A DNA stretch of 64,000 nucleotides from Candidatus Geocrenenecus huangii (GTDB lineage: Archaea; Thermoproteota; Nitrososphaeria_A; Caldarchaeales; Wolframiiraptoraceae). Shown here one piece after another: positions 49,295 to 58,813 of the stretch. The translations under genes were made by a program, and so were the position numbers. The notes below the pieces were generated by a model. The model made no database searches, was not told the DNA's origin, and was given only the letters and a program-made list of their open reading frames with translations. Each line of letters starts with the position of its first letter. Positions within the stretch are counted from its first letter, which is position 1. The DNA is taken from the NCBI GenBank assembly GCA_023254095.1, contig JALNLM010000002.1:96001-160000 (forward strand), given 5' to 3'.

Positions 49295-51460
49295 ATGTCA
49301 AAAGATCATACCTGTAGAGAATACTTGAGCCTTCATAAGATATTCTACCCCAATACACTAGCTGTAATAGGTGCTTCAAGAAACCCGGATAGCGTCGGTC
49401 ATGCAGTTCTAAGAAATCTGATAAACGGGCATTTTACCGGAGCAATATATCCTGTTAACCCGAAAGCTAGAGCCATACTTGGGATAAAATCTTACCCGAA
49501 TGTTTCATCGATCCCCGACCATATAGATCTTGCCGTAATAGTTGTCCCAAACACAGTTGTTCCAGGAGTTTTAGAAGAATGTGTTGAAGTAGGTATAACA
49601 TCATCTATAATAATCACAGCAGGGTTCAAGGAGACAGGTCCGGAAGGAGCAAAACTAGAAGAAGAAATTGTGTCGATAGCTAAGAGGGGTGGGGTAAGAG
49701 TAATAGGGCCGAACTGTTTAGGAGTGATTAACACTGACCCGAACGTCATGATGAATGCTACATTCGCTAGAGAAATGCCGCTGGCGGGTCAAACAGCCTT
49801 GATATCGCAGAGTGGAGCGATATGCGTAGCGGCATTAGAGTATGCTAGACAGAGACAATACAGGCTGGGCTTCTCCAAAGTCGTTAGTCTAGGAAATAAG
49901 GCAGATGTCAACGAGATAGATGTCCTAGAATATTTGAAGAATGATCCTGAAACAAAGGTTATTCTAATGTATGTAGAAGACATATCTCATGGTAGAAGAT
50001 TCATAGAGACGACCAGAGAGATTACTGGAGAAGTCGGTAAACCTATAATAGCTATAAAAGCTGGTAGAACGCCGGAAGGAGCTGGAGCGGCCTCAAGCCA
50101 TACAGGTGCTTTAGCAAGCTCTGACGAAGTCTACGATGCGATATTCAATCAATCAGGAGTGATTAGAGTTGAATCAGTTGAAGAATTATTCAATTATGCT
50201 AAAGCATTTTCTAGTCAGCCTATACCTAGAGGAGACAGGGTGGCTATTATAAGTAATGCAGGTGGACCTGCAATACTCGCTACGGATGCGGTAGTTAGAA
50301 ATGGATTGAGGATAGCACCCCTAAAAGAAGAAACAAAGAAGATTCTAAAAGCTGGGCTCTCACCAGCTGCAAGCGTTAAGAACCCAATAGATTTGGTTGG
50401 AGACGCTAATCACGCAAGATACCAGTATGCGTTAGACCACGTACTAGCTGATGAGAACGTGGATGCCGCGATAGTGATCTTAACACCTCAAGCCATGACT
50501 ACGGTTGACGATATCGCTAAAGTAGTAGTAGGAGTCGCCTCGAAGTATAATAAGCCAATACTTACCTGCTTCATGGGTGTAAGCGATATATCTTCAGCTA
50601 TAGATATACTTGAGAACTCAAAGATACCTAACTACAACTTTCCAGAAGACGCTGTTAGAGCACTAGCGGAATTATACCGTTATGGAGAATGGTTGACTAG
50701 ACCTAGAACGGGTATAAGAACATTTGTTGTAGATAGAGAAAGAGCTGGAGAATTAATCCGGAAAGCTTTATCTGAGGGGAGAACTTATATGCCGGATATC
50801 GAGGCCTTCGAGGTCTTGAAATGCTATGGAATAAAGACTGTTGATTATGTTCTCACCAAGAATGTTGAAGAAGCAGTAGAAGCAGCGGAGAAAATAGGTT
50901 ACCCAGTCGTCTTAAAGATAGCTTCCCCAGACATAATACATAAATTCGATATAGGAGGAGTAGAATTGAGATTGCAGAATGCGGCAGAAGTGGAGGCTGC
51001 CTATAATAGGATAATAAGTAATGTTCGAAGAAACGCACCCGATGCTAGAATATGGGGTGTATCTGTTCAAGAGATGGTGAAGAATGGTATTGAAGTAATC
51101 TTCGGCGTTAAGAGGGATCCACTCTTCGGACCCGTGATAATGTTCGGGTTAGGTGGAATATACGTTGAAGCCTACAGAGACGTTAGCTTTAGACTTGCAC
51201 CCATCCGTGAATTAAGTGCATACCATATGATAGAAGAAATACGTGCAAGGCAGCTATTGAGGGGGTATAGGGGAAGTAAAGAAAGAGATATAAACGCGCT
51301 TGCAGAAGGGCTTATGAGGCTTTCTCAGCTCTCCCTAGAACAACAGAATATAAATGAGCTCGACATAAATCCCGTAGTAGTTTTCGAGAAAGGAAGAGGA
51401 TTCAAAGCAGTTGACGCAAGAATAGTGCTTAAAGAGGATAGAGAAAAAGTTGCTAAATAA
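49295..51460 (+). CDS. ADP-forming acetate/acyl-CoA ligase, alpha-beta fusion
   Basis: AVIGAS, GPNCLG, SQSGA, phospho-His motif SHTGALA, YPVVLKI, HKFDIGGV and ELDINP. Confidence 0.92.
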   Translation: MSKDHTCREYLSLHKIFYPNTLAVIGASRNPDSVGHAVLRNLINGHFTGAIYPVNPKARAILGIKSYPNVSSIPDHIDLAVIVVPNTVVPGVLEECVEVGITSSIIITAGFKETGPEGAKLEEEIVSIAKRGGVRVIGPNCLGVINTDPNVMMNATFAREMPLAGQTALISQSGAICVAALEYARQRQYRLGFSKVVSLGNKADVNEIDVLEYLKNDPETKVILMYVEDISHGRRFIETTREITGEVGKPIIAIKAGRTPEGAGAASSHTGALASSDEVYDAIFNQSGVIRVESVEELFNYAKAFSSQPIPRGDRVAIISNAGGPAILATDAVVRNGLRIAPLKEETKKILKAGLSPAASVKNPIDLVGDANHARYQYALDHVLADENVDAAIVILTPQAMTTVDDIAKVVVGVASKYNKPILTCFMGVSDISSAIDILENSKIPNYNFPEDAVRALAELYRYGEWLTRPRTGIRTFVVDRERAGELIRKALSEGRTYMPDIEAFEVLKCYGIKTVDYVLTKNVEEAVEAAEKIGYPVVLKIASPDIIHKFDIGGVELRLQNAAEVEAAYNRIISNVRRNAPDARIWGVSVQEMVKNGIEVIFGVKRDPLFGPVIMFGLGGIYVEAYRDVSFRLAPIRELSAYHMIEEIRARQLLRGYRGSKERDINALAEGLMRLSQLSLEQQNINELDINPVVVFEKGRGFKAVDARIVLKEDREKVAK

Positions 51461-51497
51461 TAGACAAGACTTAATAGAAATGATTTCAGCTAATATG

Positions 51498-51553
51498 TGG
51501 GATGATGAACAACGTCCAGGTTGAAGAGTGATACACGACGGGCAGACTGACCA
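51498..51553 (+). ncRNA. box C/D 2'-O-methylation guide sRNA
   Basis: Box C ATGATGA (51502-08), 12-nt guide, D' TTGA (51521-24), C' GTGATAC (51528-34), 12-nt guide, D CTGA (51547-50); terminal TGG/CCA stem. Confidence 0.8.
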
Positions 51554-51781
51554 ATTAATTTTCTATTCCTAAAATAATTACTTCAATACTTGTCTTTTTA
51601 ACTGTAAATGTGTAGGGAACGTATTGAAAAACTATGATAGTCTGAAAAGTCATAGATTAGGTAATTGGTGTGAGCAGTTATAACATTATTGGATCCGTCT
51701 TTATCTGTAGAAGATCTTAAGCATCTATTGAATGTGATGAGAAATTACTTATAAGGTACCCTAGGTAGACATCTACCTAGA

Positions 51782-51970
51782 GTGAAGATGTCATACAAGA
51801 TTTTGATTAGGGAATCACTATCCATAGTAGCGTTATTCACGTTCTTCCTACTGGTGTTGATGGTGATTGCTGGTCTCGCCTACTATATACAGGAATACGG
51901 TGCTCTAGCAATAAGAGAGTTCTTCAGAATAGCCAAGATAATCCTTCCATTATTTACAGGCTATTTCTGA
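51782..51970 (+). CDS. small membrane protein
   Basis: 62-aa ORF with one long hydrophobic segment, filling an otherwise empty gap upstream of cofE. Confidence 0.55.
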   Translation: MKMSYKILIRESLSIVALFTFFLLVLMVIAGLAYYIQEYGALAIREFFRIAKIILPLFTGYF

Positions 51971-52016
51971 GAATCTGGTTAGAATATAAGAAGCCGATAC
52001 TTTATTTTTAACAGGC

Positions 52017-52775
52017 ATGAGGGCTAGGAAAATAGAGATAATCGGCATACAAGGTATACCTGAAATACAAAAAGACATGGATATTGGAGAGATAATAGTC
52101 GATGCTTCTAGGAGAATGGGCTTAGAATTAAGAAACGGAGACATCATCGTGGTTAGTCATATAATTGTTTCAAAAGCTGAAGGTAGAGTAGTCAACCTCG
52201 TAGATGTTGAACCCTCAGAATTTGCAAGGAAGGTTGCTGGGGAGTCCGGTAAAGATCCCAGACATGTAGAGCTCGTATTAAGAGAATCTAGAAGGATTGT
52301 GAGGATGAGGAGAGGATTAATAATATCTGAAACCGTGAACCGGATAGTATGTGCAAATGCTGGAGTAGACCTATCCAACGTGGGGGTAGGGAAGGCGGCC
52401 ATGCTCCCATTAGATCCAGATCTTTCTGCTAAGAAGATAAGAGACAGAATAAGAGAGTTAGCTGAAGTAGATGTGGCCGTCATAGTATCTGATACGCATG
52501 GTAGACCTCTAAGAAATGGTGCAGTAAATATAGCGATTGGATGTTCTGGAATTGAGCCATTGCTTGACAGAAGAGGCGAAGTAGACATGTATGGTAGAAA
52601 GCTTACATCCAAGATAATATGTATAGCAGATGAATTAGCCTCAGCGGCTGAGCTAGTTTTAGGTCAAGCAGATGAAAAAATCCCCGTCGCAATAATTAGA
52701 GGATACGTCTATAAGCCTTCTGAAACCCCTGCAAAAGTAATTCCTAGGAGAGAAGAAGATGACCTTTTCCTCTAA
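52017..52775 (+). CDS. cofE: coenzyme F420-0:L-glutamate ligase
   Basis: IVSKAEGR, ANAGVDLSN, DTHGRPLR.G and ADELASAA motifs. Confidence 0.93.
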   Translation: MRARKIEIIGIQGIPEIQKDMDIGEIIVDASRRMGLELRNGDIIVVSHIIVSKAEGRVVNLVDVEPSEFARKVAGESGKDPRHVELVLRESRRIVRMRRGLIISETVNRIVCANAGVDLSNVGVGKAAMLPLDPDLSAKKIRDRIRELAEVDVAVIVSDTHGRPLRNGAVNIAIGCSGIEPLLDRRGEVDMYGRKLTSKIICIADELASAAELVLGQADEKIPVAIIRGYVYKPSETPAKVIPRREEDDLFL

Positions 52776-53469
52776 AGATATCATTTCTAGAATACTGACA
52801 ACTTATCTCAGACTTACCTGTAGAGGTGAACAGCCGAAGATCAAGAAAATATCTGAAGAAGCATTAGCCGGGGAAGAAATAGTAGTGAAAACGTTGAGAG
52901 AATATGGGATAGGGGGAGAAGCCTCATCTTCTGAAAGAGTTAGAGTAGCATCAGCTTTAATAATGATGGGTGTTGAAGGAGATAGAATAGCTAGATATCT
53001 TCACTGGAGAGAGTTCGAAGAATTATCTGCTGAGCTTCTAAAAGAGGCGGGGTACACAGTCTACCTAGATACAAGAGTACGCATAGATAAAAAGAAGTAT
53101 CAAATTGATTTAACAGCTTACAGTACAGGTCTTCTACTGGTAGTAGATTGTAAACATTGGGCCAAGCCTCCAGCATATGCTCAGAGACGCAGGATTATTT
53201 CTATGTTGGAGCAGAGAATAAAGGCTTTAGCTAAGCTTGAAGGTGAAGTCCAAGTAAGAATCACCCCTATAGTTCTCACCCTATATGAGCCTAGAGAATT
53301 AATCGTAGAGGGATATCTATACGTCCCCCTCCGGAGAATAACGGGGTTCATAGAATGGTTTCAAAACAATTATCCACATATAAGATGTATTAAGACTAAT
53401 GTTTCCTTAGAGAAATTGAAAGAGTCCTCTAGAAGGATAATCTCTAAATCTCGGTTCAACGATGTATAA
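52759..53469 (+). CDS. PD-(D/E)XK restriction-endonuclease-like / NERD domain protein
   Basis: WREFEEL...L...GY, YQIDL and VVDCKHW motifs. Confidence 0.75.
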   Translation: MTFSSKDIISRILTTYLRLTCRGEQPKIKKISEEALAGEEIVVKTLREYGIGGEASSSERVRVASALIMMGVEGDRIARYLHWREFEELSAELLKEAGYTVYLDTRVRIDKKKYQIDLTAYSTGLLLVVDCKHWAKPPAYAQRRRIISMLEQRIKALAKLEGEVQVRITPIVLTLYEPRELIVEGYLYVPLRRITGFIEWFQNNYPHIRCIKTNVSLEKLKESSRRIISKSRFNDV

Positions 53470-53472
53470 TTG

Positions 53473-53530
53473 CCCAATGAAGACCCCATAGCTCAAACTG
53501 AAACATGATGACCCATAGGGTCTCTGAGGG
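53473..53530 (+). ncRNA. box C/D 2'-O-methylation guide sRNA
   Basis: CCC/GGG terminal stem; box C variant ATGAAGA (53477-83), D' CTGA (53498-501), C' ATGATGA (53505-11), D CTGA (53524-27). Confidence 0.82.
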
Positions 53531-53703
53531 AAAAAATGTCTTAGGAAATTATTGAGTAGTCGGGATGCATCCATTTCCAAGGTAATACACTCAGTATTTC
53601 ATCAGAGAACAAAATATTTCTAGAGAGCTATGTTTAAATTCTGTAGCTATAGATTCCTAGGAAACATTTATGAATAGACGTTCTCTTGTTTAATTGAACA
53701 GTC

Positions 53704-53823
53704 ATGGAGTTGGAAGATAGAATCTTCAAGATAGAAGAGGAAGAAGAGGAAGAATGGGAAGAATTTGAAGAAGAATTCGAGGAAGAGGAAGAAGGCTGGG
53801 AAGAAGAGGAAGAAGAATTCTAA
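53704..53823 (+). CDS. 39-aa extremely acidic peptide (not in ORF track)
   Basis: MELEDRIFKIEEEEEEEWEEFEEEFEEEEEGWEEEEEEF. GAA/GAG codons vary only at synonymous positions, and a TATA-like GAAACATTTATGA lies at 53661-73. Confidence 0.7.
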   Translation: MELEDRIFKIEEEEEEEWEEFEEEFEEEEEGWEEEEEEF

Positions 53824-54248
53824 TCAGCTGGCAAAAGAACTACAATCCTCTCAGATGCTTCGACAACTTTCTCAAGATTTGTTCGGCGGACTAACTTCCT
53901 AATTTTTCTTTCAATTTTCTTACTACTTTTTTGTAAAATAATCATGCCGGCTTCGACCTTCTCGGCTTCTGTCATTATCGCTTCAAAGACGTCTCTAGAA
54001 GCAGTTACTCTCAAGTCCGCCCCGATCCCCTGAGATCTAGCCCATTCAACCAAGTTTCCTAATTTTTTCCTAGCCTCTTCAACATAGGTGGATACGACCT
54101 CGGAGTATAGGGAGGTTGGCATTGGAAACTCGATTATGTGGAGGAAAACTATCTCTATATCTCTGGTGAGCATATCTAGCATATTTGCAAGAGCTTTAAA
54201 GTTTACGTCGTTTTTTACCGCTATGAGTATCTTGGTCTTCTTACTCAT
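53820..54248 (-). CDS. universal stress protein (USP) family
   Basis: KILIAV, IVFLHIIE, AIMTEAEK...MIIL and VVLLP USP pattern. Confidence 0.8.
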   Translation of the reverse strand: MSKKTKILIAVKNDVNFKALANMLDMLTRDIEIVFLHIIEFPMPTSLYSEVVSTYVEEARKKLGNLVEWARSQGIGADLRVTASRDVFEAIMTEAEKVEAGMIILQKSSKKIERKIRKLVRRTNLEKVVEASERIVVLLPAD

Positions 54249-54517
54249 TCTTCAACTGGTCTCCCGTTCCTCTTATATGTGTAGAGAACCATAGATGTTA
54301 CTGTGCTCTTAACCCCATCAATCTTTAAGATCTTATCTTTCAACAACTTTCTGAACGAGATAATGTCATTAGTATTTACGATAGCTATTATATCGAATTC
54401 TCCAGTGACCTCGTACACGTCTAATGCTTCTTCAAGCTTGTTAATCTCATTTGCTACGCTTTCTAGTTTTGAAGAATCTACAAATACATGGATGAACGCT
54501 AGCACTCCCTTAGGCAT
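54245..54517 (-). CDS. stand-alone Lrp/AsnC ligand-binding (RAM) domain protein
   Basis: VYEVTGEFDIIA and KILKIDGVKSTVT motifs; no HTH. Confidence 0.87.
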   Translation of the reverse strand: MPKGVLAFIHVFVDSSKLESVANEINKLEEALDVYEVTGEFDIIAIVNTNDIISFRKLLKDKILKIDGVKSTVTSMVLYTYKRNGRPVEE

Positions 54518-54519
54518 TT

Positions 54520-56415
54520 CTAAACCCTCCTCAATACCATGATTTTACCGTGATGCTTGGATATAACCTTATACAGTTTGCTTTCATGAGTTTTCTCGAT
54601 CTTTGTTTTTTCAGTTATTCGTCTGATTAACGCAATGAATTCCAGTCTCCCGGATTCGAGTAATATGGATGTTATTTTTTCTATGTCCCCTATGAAAACT
54701 CTAGCTTCAGCTTCATAACCAAGCTTTCTAAGTTTTTCAGCAGCCTCCTCGAGTTCTGATAAAGCTTCACTTCTTAATTCATATAATTGAGCTCTATCAC
54801 TAATTCTTGAAAAGTCCAAATATAGTTCTTCTGGGTCTATTATACTGATAAGAGTTACCCTGAACCTCTTGTCTAGATTCTCAACTACTATATCTGCTAT
54901 TTTCTCAGTTTTTTCAATTATGGGTCTTACTAGGACTCCGACATCGTATATTCGAGATAATGGTTGGATCTGTTGAGCAGAGTCGGAAGATATACACTTC
55001 AACCCTCTTCTCCTTCTATAAATTACATACATCAATATTCCAACTATTAGCCAGGCTGCACCGAGAATTCGCCCATTAGCATGGAAGAGTAGGGTGAGGA
55101 ATAGTAGGCATCCTACGCCGATTAATCCTAATACACCTATTATAGGTATTCGGAATGTTCTTCCATTCATCTTTAAGGATAGCTCACCTAGGACTTTCCA
55201 AGGTCTATATACTTCTTCCCTCATGTTTCTCATCTTTATGAAAGTGACCATTAGTATGAAGTAACTCACCAGGGCGCCGAAGATGTAGAGTTCTGCTACG
55301 AATGGGATATTACCGAAAGATGCTAAGACTAAACCAATAGATCCAAATAAGACTATAGTCCTTGTCGGTGTTTTAAATCTTGGATGTATCTTATAGAACC
55401 ACCCTGGTAGTAGTTTGTATCGACCCATCGATGCTACTAGCCTAGAGACCCCTATGATCCCAGTATTGGATGAAGCATAACATAAGATGAAGCCTGCTAG
55501 ACCTACAAGCTTTGCTCCAAAGACTCCAATTATAGGATAGGTCTCGACAAGCCCAGCTATCGAATACTCTAGCTGTCTTGATAGCTTCTCCCATCCTACC
55601 GAGCCTATAGATAAAGTCGAGAAGCCCATAACAGAGATGAGAACAGCTACAACTGAGAGCTTTGCAGCCTTAGGAATGTGTCTAGCCGGCCGCCTGGTCT
55701 CTTCAGCGGCCTGAGCTATGGATTCTATTCCTACGAAGGAGGCCATCGCGAGTGTTAAAGCGTATAGTAGGTTCTGGAGATTTATCGGCAAACCATCTAT
55801 GTAGGCAACCTCCTTAAGAATCTCAGGGGATCCAACTATTCTTAATTGCTCAATAAATTTTGATAAGTCGAAAACGAGTATAAAGCCTGGGACTAAAACG
55901 AAGGCTTGAATTACTAAGCCGAGGATTACAAGTCCGATCGAGACTTCTACTGAATACTTTATGCCTATATAGTTGATGAAGATGAGAGATGTTATGAAGA
56001 TTATTGAAAGGATCCCGATAGGTGGAAGCCCTCCTAAAGTCATTGAAGGAACAAGGTTAGGAAAAATATAAGATAAGTAGCCTGCTGCGGCTAAAGCGAA
56101 TAAAGAAATATCTATGGTATAATCTAGGACTAGCGCCCACCCAGCAATAAATCCTACAAAGTCGTTGAATCCCTTCATAGAATATACTTGGACTCCTCCA
56201 GCATATGGATAGATGGGTGCTAGCTCCGCATAGATTAAGCCTATGCAGATATAGATAAACGCGGTTACCAAGAAGACTATGGGAGTGGCCCCTGAAGCAT
56301 ATAGCGCAATCAATCCTAATGCGATAAATATGTCTGCTCCAACATCCGCGTATCCTAGAGAGAAAGACCCGAACCAGCCTACATCCCTCTTTAGAGAAAC
56401 TTCTTCCTCGTTCAT
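54520..56415 (-). CDS. APC-family amino acid permease with C-terminal USP-like domain
   Basis: LKRDVG, YAELA..YPYAGG, FVGIESIAQAAEET and HPRFKTP motifs; soluble C-terminal domain. Confidence 0.88.
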   Translation of the reverse strand: MNEEEVSLKRDVGWFGSFSLGYADVGADIFIALGLIALYASGATPIVFLVTAFIYICIGLIYAELAPIYPYAGGVQVYSMKGFNDFVGFIAGWALVLDYTIDISLFALAAAGYLSYIFPNLVPSMTLGGLPPIGILSIIFITSLIFINYIGIKYSVEVSIGLVILGLVIQAFVLVPGFILVFDLSKFIEQLRIVGSPEILKEVAYIDGLPINLQNLLYALTLAMASFVGIESIAQAAEETRRPARHIPKAAKLSVVAVLISVMGFSTLSIGSVGWEKLSRQLEYSIAGLVETYPIIGVFGAKLVGLAGFILCYASSNTGIIGVSRLVASMGRYKLLPGWFYKIHPRFKTPTRTIVLFGSIGLVLASFGNIPFVAELYIFGALVSYFILMVTFIKMRNMREEVYRPWKVLGELSLKMNGRTFRIPIIGVLGLIGVGCLLFLTLLFHANGRILGAAWLIVGILMYVIYRRRRGLKCISSDSAQQIQPLSRIYDVGVLVRPIIEKTEKIADIVVENLDKRFRVTLISIIDPEELYLDFSRISDRAQLYELRSEALSELEEAAEKLRKLGYEAEARVFIGDIEKITSILLESGRLEFIALIRRITEKTKIEKTHESKLYKVISKHHGKIMVLRRV

Positions 56416-56427
56416 CGATCTACACCT

Positions 56428-56997
56428 TCATTTTTCACGGTCTCTACGATCTTTAACGGCTTCAATTATCAATATCTCTTCGAAAAATAGTTTTCTAGAC
56501 AGCTTAATATAAGGGTTGAATCCCTCCATCCTAAGATAAAATAATATCTCGTCTATACTGCCAGTAAGAGTTGATGCGACAAGAACCAGAAGCCCCTTAT
56601 CTTTAATCTTCGATTTTGAGTGAGCAACTACTTGTTTTATAAAGTCTATTCCGCCCTCAATGGTTTTATCTCTTAATCCTTCTATTGGTAAATATGGAGG
56701 GTTAGACACAATTAGGTCGAATATTGGTGTATCTCTGAACATTGATAGAGTATCTCCTTGTATAACATGAGATGTGCCTGCATGAGATGATGAACTTATC
56801 CTCCTCCAAGTATATTTGACGGCCTCATAAGAAATATCTACAGCGAAGACTTCATCTGATAATTTAGCTAGAGCTACCGTAACTATACCGCTTCCCGAAC
56901 CCACCTCGACCACTCGTTTTAAAACATTGCGTTTGAGGCTTCTTAGAGCATCTATCAGCAAGTATGTATCTTCAGAAGGCTCGTAGACTTCGTTCAT
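56428..56997 (-). CDS. HemK2/Mtq2-family protein methyltransferase (release factor Gln methylase)
   Basis: VYEPSEDTYLL, EVGSGSG, SNPPY and LFFE motifs. Confidence 0.9.
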   Translation of the reverse strand: MNEVYEPSEDTYLLIDALRSLKRNVLKRVVEVGSGSGIVTVALAKLSDEVFAVDISYEAVKYTWRRISSSSHAGTSHVIQGDTLSMFRDTPIFDLIVSNPPYLPIEGLRDKTIEGGIDFIKQVVAHSKSKIKDKGLLVLVASTLTGSIDEILFYLRMEGFNPYIKLSRKLFFEEILIIEAVKDRRDREK

Positions 56998-58289
56998 GGA
57001 TAAACTCTTGCAGGTGTTCTAGGGAATAGGCATGCGCTGCGAATATGGGGAAGATGGAGTAGCCACCAAAGCATTCTCTCTATACCTAGACCGAATCCAC
57101 TATGCGGCACACTACCATACTTCCTTAAATCTAGATACCACCTATATTCTTCAGGGTTTAGATTATTTTCTCTTATTCTTTCGGTAAGCAGGTTGTAGTC
57201 ATGTATCCTCTGACCTCCCCCTACTATCTCTCCATAGCCTCCCGGAGCTAAAAGGTCGGCATTCAAGCAGACTGAGGGGTTGCTGGGGTCAGGCATATGG
57301 TAGAATGCTTTAGCTTCTTTTGGGTAATGTGTTACGAAGAATGGCTTACTAAATTCTTTAGAGAGTATTCTTTCTTCATCTGCTCCGAAATCATCTCCCC
57401 AGTTAATGTTAACTCCCTTACTTTGAAGTATTTGGAGAGCCTCAGAATACCTTATCCTAGGATATGGTGGCTCAGCCATCTCGGGTCTTAATTCTCTACC
57501 CAATGTTCTTATTTCTCTTTCAGACTCTTTATTTAAACCATTAACGATAGCGTAGACTAGTTCTTCTATAACCTTCATAATATCGTAGAGATCTGCGTAA
57601 GCCATTTCTACTTCCAGATGCCAGAACTCTGTTAGATGCCTCCTCGTTCTACTAAGCTCTGCTCTAAAACTAGGCTGGAGACTATAGACTTTTTCTAGAC
57701 TATAGATAGCTGCTTCTTGGTAGAACTGGACACTTTGAGTAAGGTATGCAGGCTTTCCGAAATAATCAACCTTGAATAATGTAGCTCCACCCTCTACTGC
57801 TGCCGTAATAAATGTTGGACAGTTCACTTCGACGAACCCATTCTCTCTCAACCATCTACGAGCTATATCCATGAGCGTAGCCCTGATCTTCATAATAATC
57901 GCTACCCTTGGGCTTCTCAGATGAAGATGCCTATTATCTAGGAGAAACTTCAATCCAACACCTTTCTTTATAGGAAAGTCCTCCAGGCTCGGTCCAACAA
58001 TTTCTAAGTGGTTGCAGTGGAGTTCGAGTCCACCAGGAGCTCTCGGGTCTTTCTTGAGTCTTCCCTTCACCTTAACAGACGACTCTAAACCAATATCTAG
58101 CGCCTTCATAAAGCTTTCATTGTCAGCTACTCCATGTTTGACCGCTACTTGTATTATGCCTGTTGAATCTCTCAAGTCTAAGAATATCAGTTTCCCATGA
58201 CGTCTCTTAGATCTAATCCATCCAATCAACTCTACCTCTAAGCCTTCTTCACATTGGAATGCATCTCTAACGTACAGTGTCTTGAACAC
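56994..58289 (-). CDS. asnS: asparagine--tRNA ligase
   Basis: OB fold, EGGATLF, YLTQS, FRAE.SRTRRHLTEFWHLE, KAFY and GSVPHSGFGLGIER motifs. Confidence 0.92.
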   Translation of the reverse strand: MFKTLYVRDAFQCEEGLEVELIGWIRSKRRHGKLIFLDLRDSTGIIQVAVKHGVADNESFMKALDIGLESSVKVKGRLKKDPRAPGGLELHCNHLEIVGPSLEDFPIKKGVGLKFLLDNRHLHLRSPRVAIIMKIRATLMDIARRWLRENGFVEVNCPTFITAAVEGGATLFKVDYFGKPAYLTQSVQFYQEAAIYSLEKVYSLQPSFRAELSRTRRHLTEFWHLEVEMAYADLYDIMKVIEELVYAIVNGLNKESEREIRTLGRELRPEMAEPPYPRIRYSEALQILQSKGVNINWGDDFGADEERILSKEFSKPFFVTHYPKEAKAFYHMPDPSNPSVCLNADLLAPGGYGEIVGGGQRIHDYNLLTERIRENNLNPEEYRWYLDLRKYGSVPHSGFGLGIERMLWWLLHLPHIRSACLFPRTPARVYP

Positions 58290-58348
58290 TCCTAATCCTC
58301 CAGGGTCTCATTGTACATTCGAATTATTTTCTATTTCTATTGGTTATG

Positions 58349-58690
58349 TCAGGTTATGGGGGTCCCCTCTGGTACCGGTTTCACTGGGATTAACGGTGCA
58401 ATGCTTTCTTCGGTTGAAGTGGCCGCAAGTATCATGCATTCAGATAGCTCTCCTCTGATCTTCTTAGGTTTAAGGTTGAAGACGAATGCAAAAAGTTGCC
58501 CAACGAAGTATTCTGGGTCGTAAATATGGCCAAGACCTGCTATAGCCTGCTTCCTAACACCTCCGAAATCTACCTGTAGCTTTATCAGACGATCTGTGCC
58601 TTTAATCCTCTCAGCTTTTACAACTCTTCCAATTCTAAGGTCAAGACGCCTAAATTCCGAGATATCAACTTCCCCCGACATACACATCAA
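58349..58690 (-). CDS. tRNA-binding OB-fold protein (Trbp111/CsaA/MetRS C-terminal-like)
   Basis: FRRLDLRIG and NLKPKKIRGELSECMILAA motifs. Confidence 0.9.
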   Translation of the reverse strand: MMCMSGEVDISEFRRLDLRIGRVVKAERIKGTDRLIKLQVDFGGVRKQAIAGLGHIYDPEYFVGQLFAFVFNLKPKKIRGELSECMILAATSTEESIAPLIPVKPVPEGTPIT

Positions 58691-58760
58691 GGATCATTAA
58701 TCTCGACTAGTTATTATCATTTGCTAAACTCCAATCCTAAACTTCATCTATCAATTTACC

Positions 58761-58774
58761 CGAAAATTTTTATA
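58761..58774 (+). promoter_or_regulatory. archaeal BRE-TATA promoter for the Lys-rich peptide
   Basis: CGAAAA-TTTTTATA about 40 nt upstream of ATG 58814; SD-like GGTG at 58801. Confidence 0.6.
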
Positions 58775-58813
58775 CAACTAAAAACATATTAAGAATTGAT
58801 GGTGTGTAAAAGC

